NCBI GenBank assembly: GCA_943788365.1
Contig: CALSPZ010000001.1
Span: forward strand, 678,263-742,262
Length of the DNA: 64,000 nt
Direction of reading: 5' to 3'
From: an uncultured SAR86 cluster bacterium
GTDB taxonomy: Bacteria; Pseudomonadota; Gammaproteobacteria; Magnimaribacterales; D2472
The notes beneath the pieces are model-generated. The model worked only from the letters and a program-made list of their open reading frames with translations. It had not been told where the DNA came from and ran no database searches. Made by a program: the position numbers and the translations under genes. Numbering within the stretch: the first letter of the stretch is position 1; each line of letters begins with the position of its first letter. Positions 9,836-18,774 of this stretch are shown one piece after another.

Positions 9836-10051
9836 TTACTTAACTAGGCTCATTAGAACAGCTAAAACAAGAAGTCCAACAACACCACTAGTAGCTAATT
9901 GTTCAACTAATGCTGTTATATTTCCTATCACATCAAGTCCTAGAACATCGCCAAAAGCCAAAGCTCCTACAATTCCTAGACCCAAGATTCCTGTTATAAC
10001 GCTAGTTAAATTACTAACTAGGTCGCCTATCATTCTCCATGCATTATCCAT
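9836..10051 (-). CDS. small hydrophobic protein (71 aa), two predicted TM helices with glycine-zipper-like motif, unknown function
   Basis: GILGLGIVGALAFG and GVVGLLVLAVLMSLV hydrophobic segments. Strong G-rich SD (AGGGGGGAAATATT-ATG). Followed by the 9793-9823 hairpin. Confidence 0.6.
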   Translation of the reverse strand: MDNAWRMIGDLVSNLTSVITGILGLGIVGALAFGDVLGLDVIGNITALVEQLATSGVVGLLVLAVLMSLVK

Positions 10052-10132
10052 AATATTTCCCCCCTATAGGTTTTATATGTTTTGCATACATATGAGACCA
10101 TATTTGAAGGTTTAGAGCAAATTATATGAAAT

Positions 10133-10168
10133 GATAAATTCTCAAAGTTTGACTTTTGAGAATTTATC
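10133..10168 (-). terminator. candidate pnp terminator hairpin
   Basis: 14-bp perfect inverted repeat GATAAATTCTCAAA (10133-10146) / TTTGAGAATTTATC (10155-10168) with an 8-nt loop. It begins 12 nt after the pnp stop and is followed on the minus strand by AUUUCAUAUAAUUU. The stem is AT-rich, so stability is moderate. Confidence 0.5.
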
Positions 10169-10179
10169 TTATAAGCGTA

Positions 10180-12321
10180 TTATTCTTCTGAATCTGATGC
10201 TTCCTCTGCATCATTTGCAGGCTCAGCAACTTTTTTCTCTTGAAGCGCCTTAACTGATAATTTCATTTTACCTCTATCAAAGCCAATGAGTTTAACCTCA
10301 ACCTCATCACCTTCTGAGTATACAGCAGATACACTTTCAGTTCTTTCATGAGATATTTCTGATATATGCAGCAGACCATCTTTACCTGGAAGAATATTAA
10401 CAAAAGCTCCAAAATCAACAATTTTAACAACTTTACCGTTATACACCTTGTTTAGCTCTGGTTCTTCTAAAATACCTTCAATGATTTCTAGGCATTCTTG
10501 CATTGATGTTTGATTTTGACCAAACACAGAAACCGTTCCGTCATCACTAACATCCACCGTGGCACCTGTTTTTTCTTGCATACCTTTAATAACAGCTCCG
10601 CCCTTTCCTATAATCTCTTTGATCTTATCTTTTTCGACCATAAATGTTTTCATTGCAGGAGCGTTTTCAGACAGTTCTTTAGGAGATGAGATTGCCTCAT
10701 TCATAATTCCTAATATATGAGTGATTGCAACCTTAGCTTTAGTTAAAGCTGTTTCCATGATTGCTTCATTAATTCCTTGTATTTTGATATCCATTTGAAG
10801 GGCTGTAATACCATTTTCAGTTCCAGCTACTTTAAAATCCATATCACCAAGATGATCTTCGTCGCCTAAAATATCAGTCAAAACAGCAAAATCGTCGCCT
10901 TCTTTGATTAATCCCATCGCTATGCCAGCAACTGGGCTTGAAATAGGAACACCCGCATCCATTAGTGATAATGATGTTCCACATACTGATGCCATTGAGC
11001 TTGATCCATTTGATTCAGTTATCTCAGAAACAACTCTCATTGTATAACCAAAATCTTCTAGATCAGGCAATACAGCTTTAATGGCTCTTTTTGCTAAATT
11101 GCCATGACCAATTTCTCTTCTTTTTGGCCCCATTGGCATTCCAATTTCTCCAACACTATATGCTGGAAAATTATAATGAAGCATAAAATTATCAGTACTT
11201 TGACCTTCAATAGATTCTATTCTTTGCGCATCTCTTGAAGAACCAAGTGTTGCAACAACAATTGCTTGTGTCTCTCCTCTAGTAAATAAAGAAGACCCAT
11301 GGGTACTTGGAAGAACGTCTGTCTCAACAAATATAGGCCTAACTGTGTCTGTATCTCTTCCATCAATTCTTGGCTGCTTACTTAAAATATTCTTTCTTAC
11401 TATATCTTTTTCAAGATTCTTAAATGCACCAAGAACTTTTCCAAGTTGGATTTCATCAGCATCTGGATAAGAATCAACAATTGAATCTTTTATAACCCCA
11501 ATAGCTGCGGTTCTCTCTGATTTGTCTTTAATTGTAAAAGCTTCAGTAATTTGATCGCTGAACTTCTCAGATAATTCTTTAGCATAAACAGGAGACTCTT
11601 CATCTACTTTTAGTACCCAATCTTCTTTGCCAGCTTTTTCTTTGAGTTCTGAACAAGCTTTTACAACTGTTTGCATTTCTTGATGAGCAAATAGAACAGC
11701 ACCAAGCATTAAATCTTCATTAAGCTCTTTTGCCTCTGATTCGACCATTAATACAGCTTCTTCTGTCCCTGCAACAACCATGTCTAGATATGATTCTTCC
11801 AACTCTTCAAATGAAGGGTTTAGAACATAGTTACCATCAACAAAGCCAACTCTTGCAGCTCCCATAGGACCGTCAAAAGGAACTCCTGCTACACATAAAG
11901 CTGCAGATGCGCCTATCATAGCCGCTATATCAGGGTTTTGATCCTTACCTGATGACATTACAGTACAAAAAATCTGTACTTCATTCTTAAAACCTTCAGG
12001 AAATAGAGGTCTTATAGGTCTATCTATAAGTCTTGATGTTAAGGTCTCTCTTTCTGTTGGTCTAGCTTCTCTTTTAAAGAAGCCTCCAGGAATAGCCCCT
12101 GTTGCGTAAAATTTCTCTTGATAAAATACAGCAAGTGGGAAGAAATCTTTTTTTGGATCTGCCTCTTTCTTTGCTACAACAGTTGTTAAGACAACCAAAT
12201 CATCAATTGTAACTACTACTGCTGCTGTTGCTTGTCTTGCAACTTTATTTGTTTCTAATTTTACTAATTTATTTCCGTACTGAAATTCTACTGTTGTAGA
12301 TTCTAATTTATTATTTTCCAC
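10180..12321 (-). CDS. pnp: polyribonucleotide nucleotidyltransferase (PNPase)
   Basis: Two RNase PH-like domains plus KH and S1 domains (C-terminal [27 protein letters not shown]); rpsO-pnp synteny. Confidence 0.96.
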   Translation of the reverse strand: MENNKLESTTVEFQYGNKLVKLETNKVARQATAAVVVTIDDLVVLTTVVAKKEADPKKDFFPLAVFYQEKFYATGAIPGGFFKREARPTERETLTSRLIDRPIRPLFPEGFKNEVQIFCTVMSSGKDQNPDIAAMIGASAALCVAGVPFDGPMGAARVGFVDGNYVLNPSFEELEESYLDMVVAGTEEAVLMVESEAKELNEDLMLGAVLFAHQEMQTVVKACSELKEKAGKEDWVLKVDEESPVYAKELSEKFSDQITEAFTIKDKSERTAAIGVIKDSIVDSYPDADEIQLGKVLGAFKNLEKDIVRKNILSKQPRIDGRDTDTVRPIFVETDVLPSTHGSSLFTRGETQAIVVATLGSSRDAQRIESIEGQSTDNFMLHYNFPAYSVGEIGMPMGPKRREIGHGNLAKRAIKAVLPDLEDFGYTMRVVSEITESNGSSSMASVCGTSLSLMDAGVPISSPVAGIAMGLIKEGDDFAVLTDILGDEDHLGDMDFKVAGTENGITALQMDIKIQGINEAIMETALTKAKVAITHILGIMNEAISSPKELSENAPAMKTFMVEKDKIKEIIGKGGAVIKGMQEKTGATVDVSDDGTVSVFGQNQTSMQECLEIIEGILEEPELNKVYNGKVVKIVDFGAFVNILPGKDGLLHISEISHERTESVSAVYSEGDEVEVKLIGFDRGKMKLSVKALQEKKVAEPANDAEEASDSEE

Positions 12322-12336
12322 GATTTTCCTTTTTAA

Positions 12337-12606
12337 TTAACCTCTTAGTTTTAGCTCTTTAATAATACTTGAGTAACTTTCTGGGTTTTTTCTTTTCAAA
12401 TAAGCCAATAATTTTCTTCTTAGGTTAACCATTCTAATTAAACCAGTTCTTGAATGATGGTCTTTTTTATGTTCCTTGAAGTGACTTTGAAGTTTGTTGA
12501 TATTTTCTGACAGTAAAGCAATTTGTACTTCTGGAGACCCAGTGTCGTTATCGCTTTTCTTAAATTTCTTAACTATCAGTTCTTTTTCTTTAGCTATTAA
12601 TGCCAT
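12337..12606 (-). CDS. rpsO: 30S ribosomal protein S15
   Basis: 89 aa with [43 protein letters not shown] 8 nt upstream. Confidence 0.96.
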   Translation of the reverse strand: MALIAKEKELIVKKFKKSDNDTGSPEVQIALLSENINKLQSHFKEHKKDHHSRTGLIRMVNLRRKLLAYLKRKNPESYSSIIKELKLRG

Positions 12607-12690
12607 TATATAATTCCTCGATGCGTATAATTAAAGTTTGCAGCCTCCGCAACTAAAGCGTGCGAACGTACTTTAAACCTAATTAAGCTA

Positions 12691-13530
12691 TTAAACAAGT
12701 CGTTTGAGTTGAAGCTTTGAATCCCAGATCTCACCAAGCCCAAGAAAATTTTTTTCATTGTCATATAATCTGTAGAGTGCATCTTTATCAATATTAAAAT
12801 CAAACCTAACACCATTAAGAAATAGTTTAGTTTCATCTTTAGTGAGTGATATCTCATTGAGATTAAGGAAGGCATTTTCAATGTTAATTATTGAGTTTTC
12901 ATTTAATTCATCCAAATGAAATGCATTTTCTATATTGAATATTCCCTGACTCAACCTTGTAAGAGATGCTAGGTGGGCTCCTGTTCCAAGTCTTTCACCC
13001 AAATCTCTAGCAATAGACCTGATATATGTTCCTTTTGAGCAATGTATATCACAAACACACATATCTTTTTCTATATTGATATTTTTTATTGAATAAATAT
13101 TAATTTCTCTGGGGGGCTTGGAAATTAACACTCCTTCCCGAGCATATTTGTATAGCGCTTTTCCTTTATGTTTTAAAGCAGAAAAATGGGGTGGGTTCTG
13201 CATTGACTTACCAATAAACTTTTTAAGTTCTATCTCAACCTCTTCTTTTTCTTTTTTAAGATTTGATGTGTAGATAATTTCTCCCATAGCATCGTCTGTA
13301 TCAGTAGAAGAACCGAGCAATATACCTGCTCTGTAAGTTTTATCTCCATTTAGAAAAAATGAAGAAAACTTTGTTCCCCTATTGATACCTAAAACCAATA
13401 CACCCTCTGCCATAGGGTCTAATGTACCCAGGTGGCCTGCTTTTTTTATTTGTAGCTTTTTTTTTGCAGATTGAAGAGCGGAATTTGAGCTAACACCTTT
13501 TTGCTTGATAAGGTTTATAAAACCATGCAT
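12691..13530 (-). CDS. truB: tRNA pseudouridine(55) synthase
   Basis: Catalytic-Asp motif GHLGTLDPMAEG; rbfA-truB-rpsO synteny. Confidence 0.94.
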   Translation of the reverse strand: MHGFINLIKQKGVSSNSALQSAKKKLQIKKAGHLGTLDPMAEGVLVLGINRGTKFSSFFLNGDKTYRAGILLGSSTDTDDAMGEIIYTSNLKKEKEEVEIELKKFIGKSMQNPPHFSALKHKGKALYKYAREGVLISKPPREINIYSIKNINIEKDMCVCDIHCSKGTYIRSIARDLGERLGTGAHLASLTRLSQGIFNIENAFHLDELNENSIINIENAFLNLNEISLTKDETKLFLNGVRFDFNIDKDALYRLYDNEKNFLGLGEIWDSKLQLKRLV

Positions 13531-13875
13531 TTATAAGTCTTGAAGTAGCTTTTCAATATTTTCAGAGTATTCAATACTTTCATCAAATCTAAAATTGATA
13601 ATAGGAACCCTCCTAATCTGCATAGTTTTTGATAGTTGAGACCTAACCATACCAGAAAATTTTTTAAGAACTTTATTCTCAAGACTGCTTTCAGACTTAT
13701 TTATTGATTGTCCAATCAAAGAATAGTATACGGTTGCTATACCAATATCATCAGAAACCTTAACAGCTGTTATATTTATATTTTGAAGTCTTGGATCTTT
13801 TGTTTTCCTATTTATAATTAAGGAAATTTCTTTTTTTAGCTCATCTGCAATTTTATCTGATCTAAGTGATGCCAT
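13531..13875 (-). CDS. rbfA: ribosome-binding factor A
   Basis: 114 aa with the RbfA-like pattern (RSDKIADELKKEISLII...DPRL...ITAVKVSDD). Lies between infB and truB. Confidence 0.9.
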   Translation of the reverse strand: MASLRSDKIADELKKEISLIINRKTKDPRLQNINITAVKVSDDIGIATVYYSLIGQSINKSESSLENKVLKKFSGMVRSQLSKTMQIRRVPIINFRFDESIEYSENIEKLLQDL

Positions 13876-13880
13876 AAAAA

Positions 13881-16163
13881 TTATGAAATTGTTTGAGCTT
13901 CCTCTTTTCTATCAAAAACTTCAATTTTATCTTTTGGTCTTATGTCTTTATAGTTTTTGATGCCCATTCCACACTCACTTCCATTCTTCACCTCTGAAAC
14001 ATCATCTTTAAATCTTCTTAGGGAATTCAGTTCTCCTTCGAAAATTACCACATCATCTCTTAAAACTCTAACAGGCTTATTTCTATTAACAGAGCCTTCA
14101 ACTACCATACAGCCTGCAACCTGACCGAATTTAGGAGAGTTAAATACTTCTAAAACTTCAGCTGTACCTATAATTTCTTCTCTAATAATAGGGTCAAGCA
14201 ATCCACTCATTCTAGCTTTAACATCATCAAGAAGCTCATATATGATGCTGTGGTAATTAAGTGGTATTGATTCTTCTTCAGCAATTTTTTTAGCTGTGTT
14301 ATCGGCCCGAACGTTAAATCCTAAAATAATCGCATCAGTTGCTAGAGCTAGATTTGCATCAGACTCAGAAATTCCTCCAACCCCACTTGATACAATTTTT
14401 ACTTTTGCTAAATCATTACCTAGGTCATGTAATGCGGCAATAATTGCTTCACATGTTCCACCTACATCAGTCTTAACAATTATATTTAAAACTTTTTTAG
14501 CATCTTGTCCAAATGATTCGAAAAGGTTGCCTGCAGATTCATCTTTTTGTTTTAAAAGCTTTCGTTCTTTTTCTCTATCAACTCTGTGCTCAACGATTTC
14601 TCTTGCTTGCTTATCATTCTTTACAACCTGAAATACATCACCAGCATTTGGAACACTATTTAACCCAAGCACCTCAATTGCAGCAGACGGGCCTGCAGAT
14701 TTTTCTTTTTTTCCATCACTTGTAGTAATGCTTTTTATTTTTCCTATTGAGTTACCTGCAGCAATAATATCGCCAGTTTTTAAGGTTCCATTTTGAACTA
14801 ATAATGTCGCAACAGAGCCTTTAAATTTGTCTAATTCAGACTCAACAACAACTCCTTGTGCAGGACCATCATATGATGCTTTAAGTTCAAGCAGTTCAGC
14901 TTCCAGAGAGACTGAATCTAATAATTTATCAACACCATCGCCTTTAAGGGCTGAAACAGGAATCATTTGAATATTTCCACCCCAGTCCTCTGGAACTAAG
15001 TCTTTAGCAGCAAGCTCACCTTTAACTTTTTCAGCATCAGCTCCAGCTAAATCCATTTTATTAATGGCAACTACAATAGAAACATTTGCGGCTTTTGCAT
15101 GATTTATTGCTTCTTCTGTTTGAGGTTTTATTCCATCATTAGCAGCAACAACCAAAATAACAATATCTGTAGTATTTGCCCCTCTTGCTCTCATTGATGA
15201 AAAAGCTGCATGGCCTGGAGTATCTATAAATGTAATTTTTCCTTTGGATGTCTCAACTTGATAGGCTCCTATGTGCTGAGTAATTCCTCCAGCTTCACCA
15301 TCAACTACCTTTGTTTCTCTAATATAATCTAGTAAAGTTGTTTTGCCATGGTCAACGTGTCCCATAACAGTTACAACAGGTGATCTTTGTGAAGGTTTAT
15401 CTTTATACTCAATAAGACTTGCGAAATCTTCTTCTAAGTCTTTTTCTTCTAAAGCGACACCTATATGGCCAATCTCCTCAACAACAAGAACTGCGGTTTC
15501 TTGATCAATTACATCATTTATTGTTGCAGGGACACCAAGCGCCATTAAGTTTTTAACAACAACGCCCCCTTTTACTGCCATAAGCTTTGCCAACTCGCCA
15601 ACTTGAATGGTTGAAGGTATTTGTATTTCTTTCTTTATAATCTCAGTAGGAGCTTCAAACTGATGGTCTCCATCTGACTTAAAGCTACCCTCTCTCCTTC
15701 TATAAGCATTCACAGCGCTAGATAACTGATCTTTTACATTAACTTTTTTTGCTGGTCTTTCAGGAGTTCTAGCTGCAGCTTTAAATTTTTCTCTTTTCTT
15801 CTGCTCTTCTTGTTTTAGTCTTGCTGCTTCCTTAAGTTGATCTTCTCTCTTTTTTTGTTGCTCTTTTAATTGCTCAGATGCTGCAGCTCTTTTAGCCTCA
15901 ATATTATCTGAGTAACTCTTAATAGGCTGACCGTCATTAGAAGATTTATTTTTAGAAGTTACAGTAATATTTCCAGATGACGTTACTGATTTAGATGCAG
16001 GCGCCTTGCCTCCCTTTAAGGACCTTAGTAATGCCTGCTTGTCAGAAGCAGTAATTTCATCAGAACTACTGGCATGTTTTAAACCAGCATTCTGCATTCT
16101 TTCAATAAGAGCAGTGTCTGAAATTTTTAATACTTTTGCAAAATCTTTTACTGTTAAAGCCAA
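13881..16163 (-). CDS. infB: translation initiation factor IF-2
   Basis: GTPase motifs GHVDHGKTTLLD, DTPGH, NKMD. Lys/Glu-rich N-terminal region; nusA-infB synteny. Confidence 0.96.
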   Translation of the reverse strand: MALTVKDFAKVLKISDTALIERMQNAGLKHASSSDEITASDKQALLRSLKGGKAPASKSVTSSGNITVTSKNKSSNDGQPIKSYSDNIEAKRAAASEQLKEQQKKREDQLKEAARLKQEEQKKREKFKAAARTPERPAKKVNVKDQLSSAVNAYRRREGSFKSDGDHQFEAPTEIIKKEIQIPSTIQVGELAKLMAVKGGVVVKNLMALGVPATINDVIDQETAVLVVEEIGHIGVALEEKDLEEDFASLIEYKDKPSQRSPVVTVMGHVDHGKTTLLDYIRETKVVDGEAGGITQHIGAYQVETSKGKITFIDTPGHAAFSSMRARGANTTDIVILVVAANDGIKPQTEEAINHAKAANVSIVVAINKMDLAGADAEKVKGELAAKDLVPEDWGGNIQMIPVSALKGDGVDKLLDSVSLEAELLELKASYDGPAQGVVVESELDKFKGSVATLLVQNGTLKTGDIIAAGNSIGKIKSITTSDGKKEKSAGPSAAIEVLGLNSVPNAGDVFQVVKNDKQAREIVEHRVDREKERKLLKQKDESAGNLFESFGQDAKKVLNIIVKTDVGGTCEAIIAALHDLGNDLAKVKIVSSGVGGISESDANLALATDAIILGFNVRADNTAKKIAEEESIPLNYHSIIYELLDDVKARMSGLLDPIIREEIIGTAEVLEVFNSPKFGQVAGCMVVEGSVNRNKPVRVLRDDVVIFEGELNSLRRFKDDVSEVKNGSECGMGIKNYKDIRPKDKIEVFDRKEEAQTIS

Positions 16164-16181
16164 AATAATTCCCTTTTAAAT

Positions 16182-17648
16182 TTATTTAAACCAATCTTCT
16201 CTAGCTTTCATAATTGCTGCCGAACCAACATCATCAGCTATCTCTATAATATCTTGGAGCTCGTCAACTGAGAGCTCAGCAAAATCATCTTTATTTTTAA
16301 TACCTTTATTTGAAAGTTTCTGTATATCGTCCTCACTTATACCTAAGCCTTCAAATGAATCAAGATTGTCTTCTTCCTCTGTGATAGCACCCATTGCTTC
16401 CATTAAAGCAGCATCTTCAGCTGCACTTTTAATTCTCTCAATCTCAGCATCATCTTCAGCAATATTTTTTAGGGCTGTGTTATCTGCATATGCAATATCA
16501 TCAAAACTAGACAAACCTGAAGAAATTATCTTTTCTGCTACTTCTTCTGTAACAGCTAAGCTGTCTATTAATTTGACCATAAACTCTGTTTCATCGACCT
16601 TAACTTTAGCTTCAGCCTCTTCGCTACTAATAATATTTAATTCCCAACCAACTAATTGAGATGCCAAACGAATATTTTGTCCTCTTGAACCAATTGCTAG
16701 AGCAAGGTTATCTTGATTTACAGCAATCTCCATCGATCTAGAGTCTTCATCCATAACAATAGAATCTACCTTTGCTGGCACCAATGCATTAATGACTAGT
16801 TGAGCCGGGTTATCGTCATATATGACTATATCAATTCTTTCATTTCCCAGCTCTGATGAAACAGCTTGAACGCGTGATCCTCTCATTCCAACACATGCAC
16901 CAACAGGATCAATTCTTCCATCATTAGTTTTAACAGCAATTTTAGAGCGTGATCCAGGCTCTCTGGAGACGCCTCTTATTTCTATAATATCTTCATTAAT
17001 CTCAGGCACTTCAATGCTAAAAAGCTCCGTTACCATTTCTGGACATACTCTATCAAGCATAAGTTGTGGGCCTCTTCCCTCAACCTCTTGTATCTTAAGG
17101 ATAGCTCTAATACGATCGTTTATTTTATAAATCTCTCCAGGCATAAGCTTATCTCTTGGCAGTATAGCTTCAGCTTCATTTGCAATATCAACAATTATAT
17201 TGTCACGAGTTACTCTTTTAACAGAACCTCCAACCAGAGTTTTATCTTTAGATTTAAATTGAGCAACCACTTTTTCTCTTTCAGCCTCTCTTACTTTTTG
17301 AAGCATTACCTGTCTAGCAGCTTGAGTTTCTATTCTGCCAAATTTTATATTTTCGACAGCTTCTGTATGTATATCGCTTAATTCAAGTTTAGAATCTTCA
17401 GGTGAGATATGTGTTTCTTTGTGAAAATAAATATCTTCAGGATCTGCAACTATCCAGCTTCTATGGGTCTGATATTCTCCCGTCTCTCTGTTAATGCTAA
17501 CACTTAGCTCAGCATCTTCATGAAAGTGTCTTTGAGAAGCTGAAGCCAATGCAACTTCAACAGCATTAAATATAACTTCTTTCGTGAGACCTTTCTCATT
17601 TGATACTGAATCAACTACCAATAATATTTCGTTACTTTGCATGTTCAC
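16182..17648 (-). CDS. nusA: transcription termination/antitermination factor NusA
   Basis: N-terminal NusA domain, S1 and two KH regions (GACVGMRGSRVQ), acidic C-terminal repeats; operon context. Confidence 0.95.
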   Translation of the reverse strand: MNMQSNEILLVVDSVSNEKGLTKEVIFNAVEVALASASQRHFHEDAELSVSINRETGEYQTHRSWIVADPEDIYFHKETHISPEDSKLELSDIHTEAVENIKFGRIETQAARQVMLQKVREAEREKVVAQFKSKDKTLVGGSVKRVTRDNIIVDIANEAEAILPRDKLMPGEIYKINDRIRAILKIQEVEGRGPQLMLDRVCPEMVTELFSIEVPEINEDIIEIRGVSREPGSRSKIAVKTNDGRIDPVGACVGMRGSRVQAVSSELGNERIDIVIYDDNPAQLVINALVPAKVDSIVMDEDSRSMEIAVNQDNLALAIGSRGQNIRLASQLVGWELNIISSEEAEAKVKVDETEFMVKLIDSLAVTEEVAEKIISSGLSSFDDIAYADNTALKNIAEDDAEIERIKSAAEDAALMEAMGAITEEEDNLDSFEGLGISEDDIQKLSNKGIKNKDDFAELSVDELQDIIEIADDVGSAAIMKAREDWFK

Positions 17649-18114
17649 TTTCCTTCATAATTTTTTCAAAATTTGGTTCTAATTTACAAAAATCCATATC
17701 ACCAAATTCTAGTTTATATTCAAGATCAGAAGTCTCTATTGTAATTATCTGATCTTTGCATTCTGTTAAGCTGCCACTGATATTTTTAATCCCATTCAAT
17801 GGTTCTCTGAGTTTTATCTTAAAGTCCTCCCCAAGATAGTCGTTTAATTGATCAAAGTTAAAGAAACGTCTTTCAATTCCAGGAGTAGAGACCTCTAAAA
17901 CAAAATCCTCTCCAAGTAATGATTCTAACTCAACCTCATAATTTAAATCTCTAGAAATATTTTCACAATCTTCTATACCGGCGCCTTCATGAGATTCAAT
18001 ATATATTCTTAAAGTAGGCCTTTTCCTGCCTCTTAATATCTCAATACCCCATAGATAACATTCATGTCTGCCAATAACAGGGTTTACAATGTTTTCTATA
18101 TCGTCTTTATTCAT
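17632..18114 (-). CDS. rimP: ribosome maturation factor RimP
   Basis: The track ORF (to 18192) runs into the tRNA-fMet gene. The internal ATG at 18114 (MNKDDIENIVNPV...) gives a normal-length RimP that clears the tRNA and the putative attenuator. Confidence 0.88.
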   Translation of the reverse strand: MNKDDIENIVNPVIGRHECYLWGIEILRGRKRPTLRIYIESHEGAGIEDCENISRDLNYEVELESLLGEDFVLEVSTPGIERRFFNFDQLNDYLGEDFKIKLREPLNGIKNISGSLTECKDQIITIETSDLEYKLEFGDMDFCKLEPNFEKIMKESEHAK

Positions 18115-18124
18115 TCTCTTATAT

Positions 18125-18144
18125 AAAAAAAGGGCAAATGCCCC
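18125..18144 (-). terminator. weak terminator/attenuator-like hairpin plus U7 tract between tRNA-fMet and rimP
   Basis: The minus strand reads GGGGCAUUUGCCC followed by UUUUUUU. The stem is only 4-5 bp. A terminator after metY is reported for the E. coli metY-rimP-nusA operon, so the position is plausible. Confidence 0.35.
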
Positions 18145-18165
18145 ACAAAAATTAATATATGTATG

Positions 18166-18242
<77 letters not shown>

Positions 18243-18322
18243 TCGCACCGAACGTGAAGTGTAAATAAAGGTACTACCATTGGTCAAGTTATATATTTAT
18301 TAATATTTAAAATATATGTTGT

Positions 18323-18328
18323 TATAAT
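18323..18328 (+). promoter_or_regulatory. candidate -10 box (TATAAT) for tRNA-Leu
   Basis: Perfect TATAAT ending 9 nt before the mature 5' end of tRNA-Leu. No convincing -35 (TTAATA at 17-nt spacing). Confidence 0.3.
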
Positions 18329-18337
18329 TCTGATTCG

Positions 18338-18424
18338 GCCGAGGTGGTGGAATTGGTAGACACGCTAGCTTGAGGGGTTAGTGAGTGAAAACTCGTGCGG
18401 GTTCAAGTCCCGCTCTCGGCACCA
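18338..18424 (+). tRNA. tRNA-Leu (anticodon GAG), class II with long variable arm
   Basis: 87 nt. Acceptor GCCGAGG/TCTCGGC (one G-U pair), anticodon arm CTAGC-TTGAGGG-GTTAG, variable arm TGAGTGAAAACTCGTG, T-arm GCGGG-TTCAAGT-CCCGC, encoded CCA on the plus strand. Confidence 0.9.
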
Positions 18425-18461
18425 GTTACTATGAAAAACTGAAAAAAATCTTAAATGACCC

Positions 18462-18773
18462 CTACTCTTCTGGAATAGTATCTGATTTATTTTCTTCTAA
18501 TGCCTCTTCTATCAGCGGTGCATCAAATACTTGTTCGGTATTATCGGTTTTATATAGATATGCTAAAAATAAAGTTAGAACTAGCCATAAAGCTGCGAGG
18601 AAAGATGTGAGTTTACCTAAAAAATTAGATGGTCCTAAAGCTCCAAACATAGAGTTAGATGAGCCTCCGCCAAAAGCTGATCCTAGATCCGAGCCTTTTC
18701 CTTGCTGAAGAAGAACTAACACAATAATAGCAACAGCTAAAATCACGCATAAAATTTGTATTAAAGTAATCAT
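18462..18773 (-). CDS. secG: preprotein translocase subunit SecG
   Basis: 103 aa with the LLQQGKGSDLGSAFGGGSSNSMFG motif between two TM segments; tpiA-secG synteny. Confidence 0.93.
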   Translation of the reverse strand: MITLIQILCVILAVAIIVLVLLQQGKGSDLGSAFGGGSSNSMFGALGPSNFLGKLTSFLAALWLVLTLFLAYLYKTDNTEQVFDAPLIEEALEENKSDTIPEE

Positions 18774-18774
18774 C

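Noticed and set aside
9543-10051. The small hydrophobic protein pair as a two-peptide, circular or microcin-type bacteriocin.
   Set aside because: There is no double-glycine or Sec leader and no adjacent maturation, immunity or dedicated export genes. Both proteins look like integral two-TM membrane proteins and are acidic overall. I kept them only as unknown-function membrane proteins.
12606-12881. A 91-aa minus-strand ORF whose stop overlaps the rpsO ATG (TAATG), which could look like a coupled upstream ORF.
   Set aside because: It begins about 190 nt inside truB in another frame, has no Met within the intergenic part, and its sequence is not protein-like. The TAATG overlap is most likely coincidental in AT-rich sequence.
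14296-14631. Numerous 60-128-aa ORFs in the track that lie antisense to or out of frame with large genes. Examples: 14296-14631, 16366-16659, 17064-17381, 19859-20152, 24121-24423, 51171-51491, 55355-55717, 56239-56565.
   Set aside because: All are fully embedded in well-supported conserved genes, have low-complexity Ser/Leu/Ile/Phe-rich composition, and lack an SD or independent intergenic context. I treat them as spurious.
18385-18708. A 107-aa plus-strand ORF.
   Set aside because: It starts inside the tRNA-Leu gene and then runs antisense to secG. Its composition is Ser/Pro/Lys-rich antisense noise.
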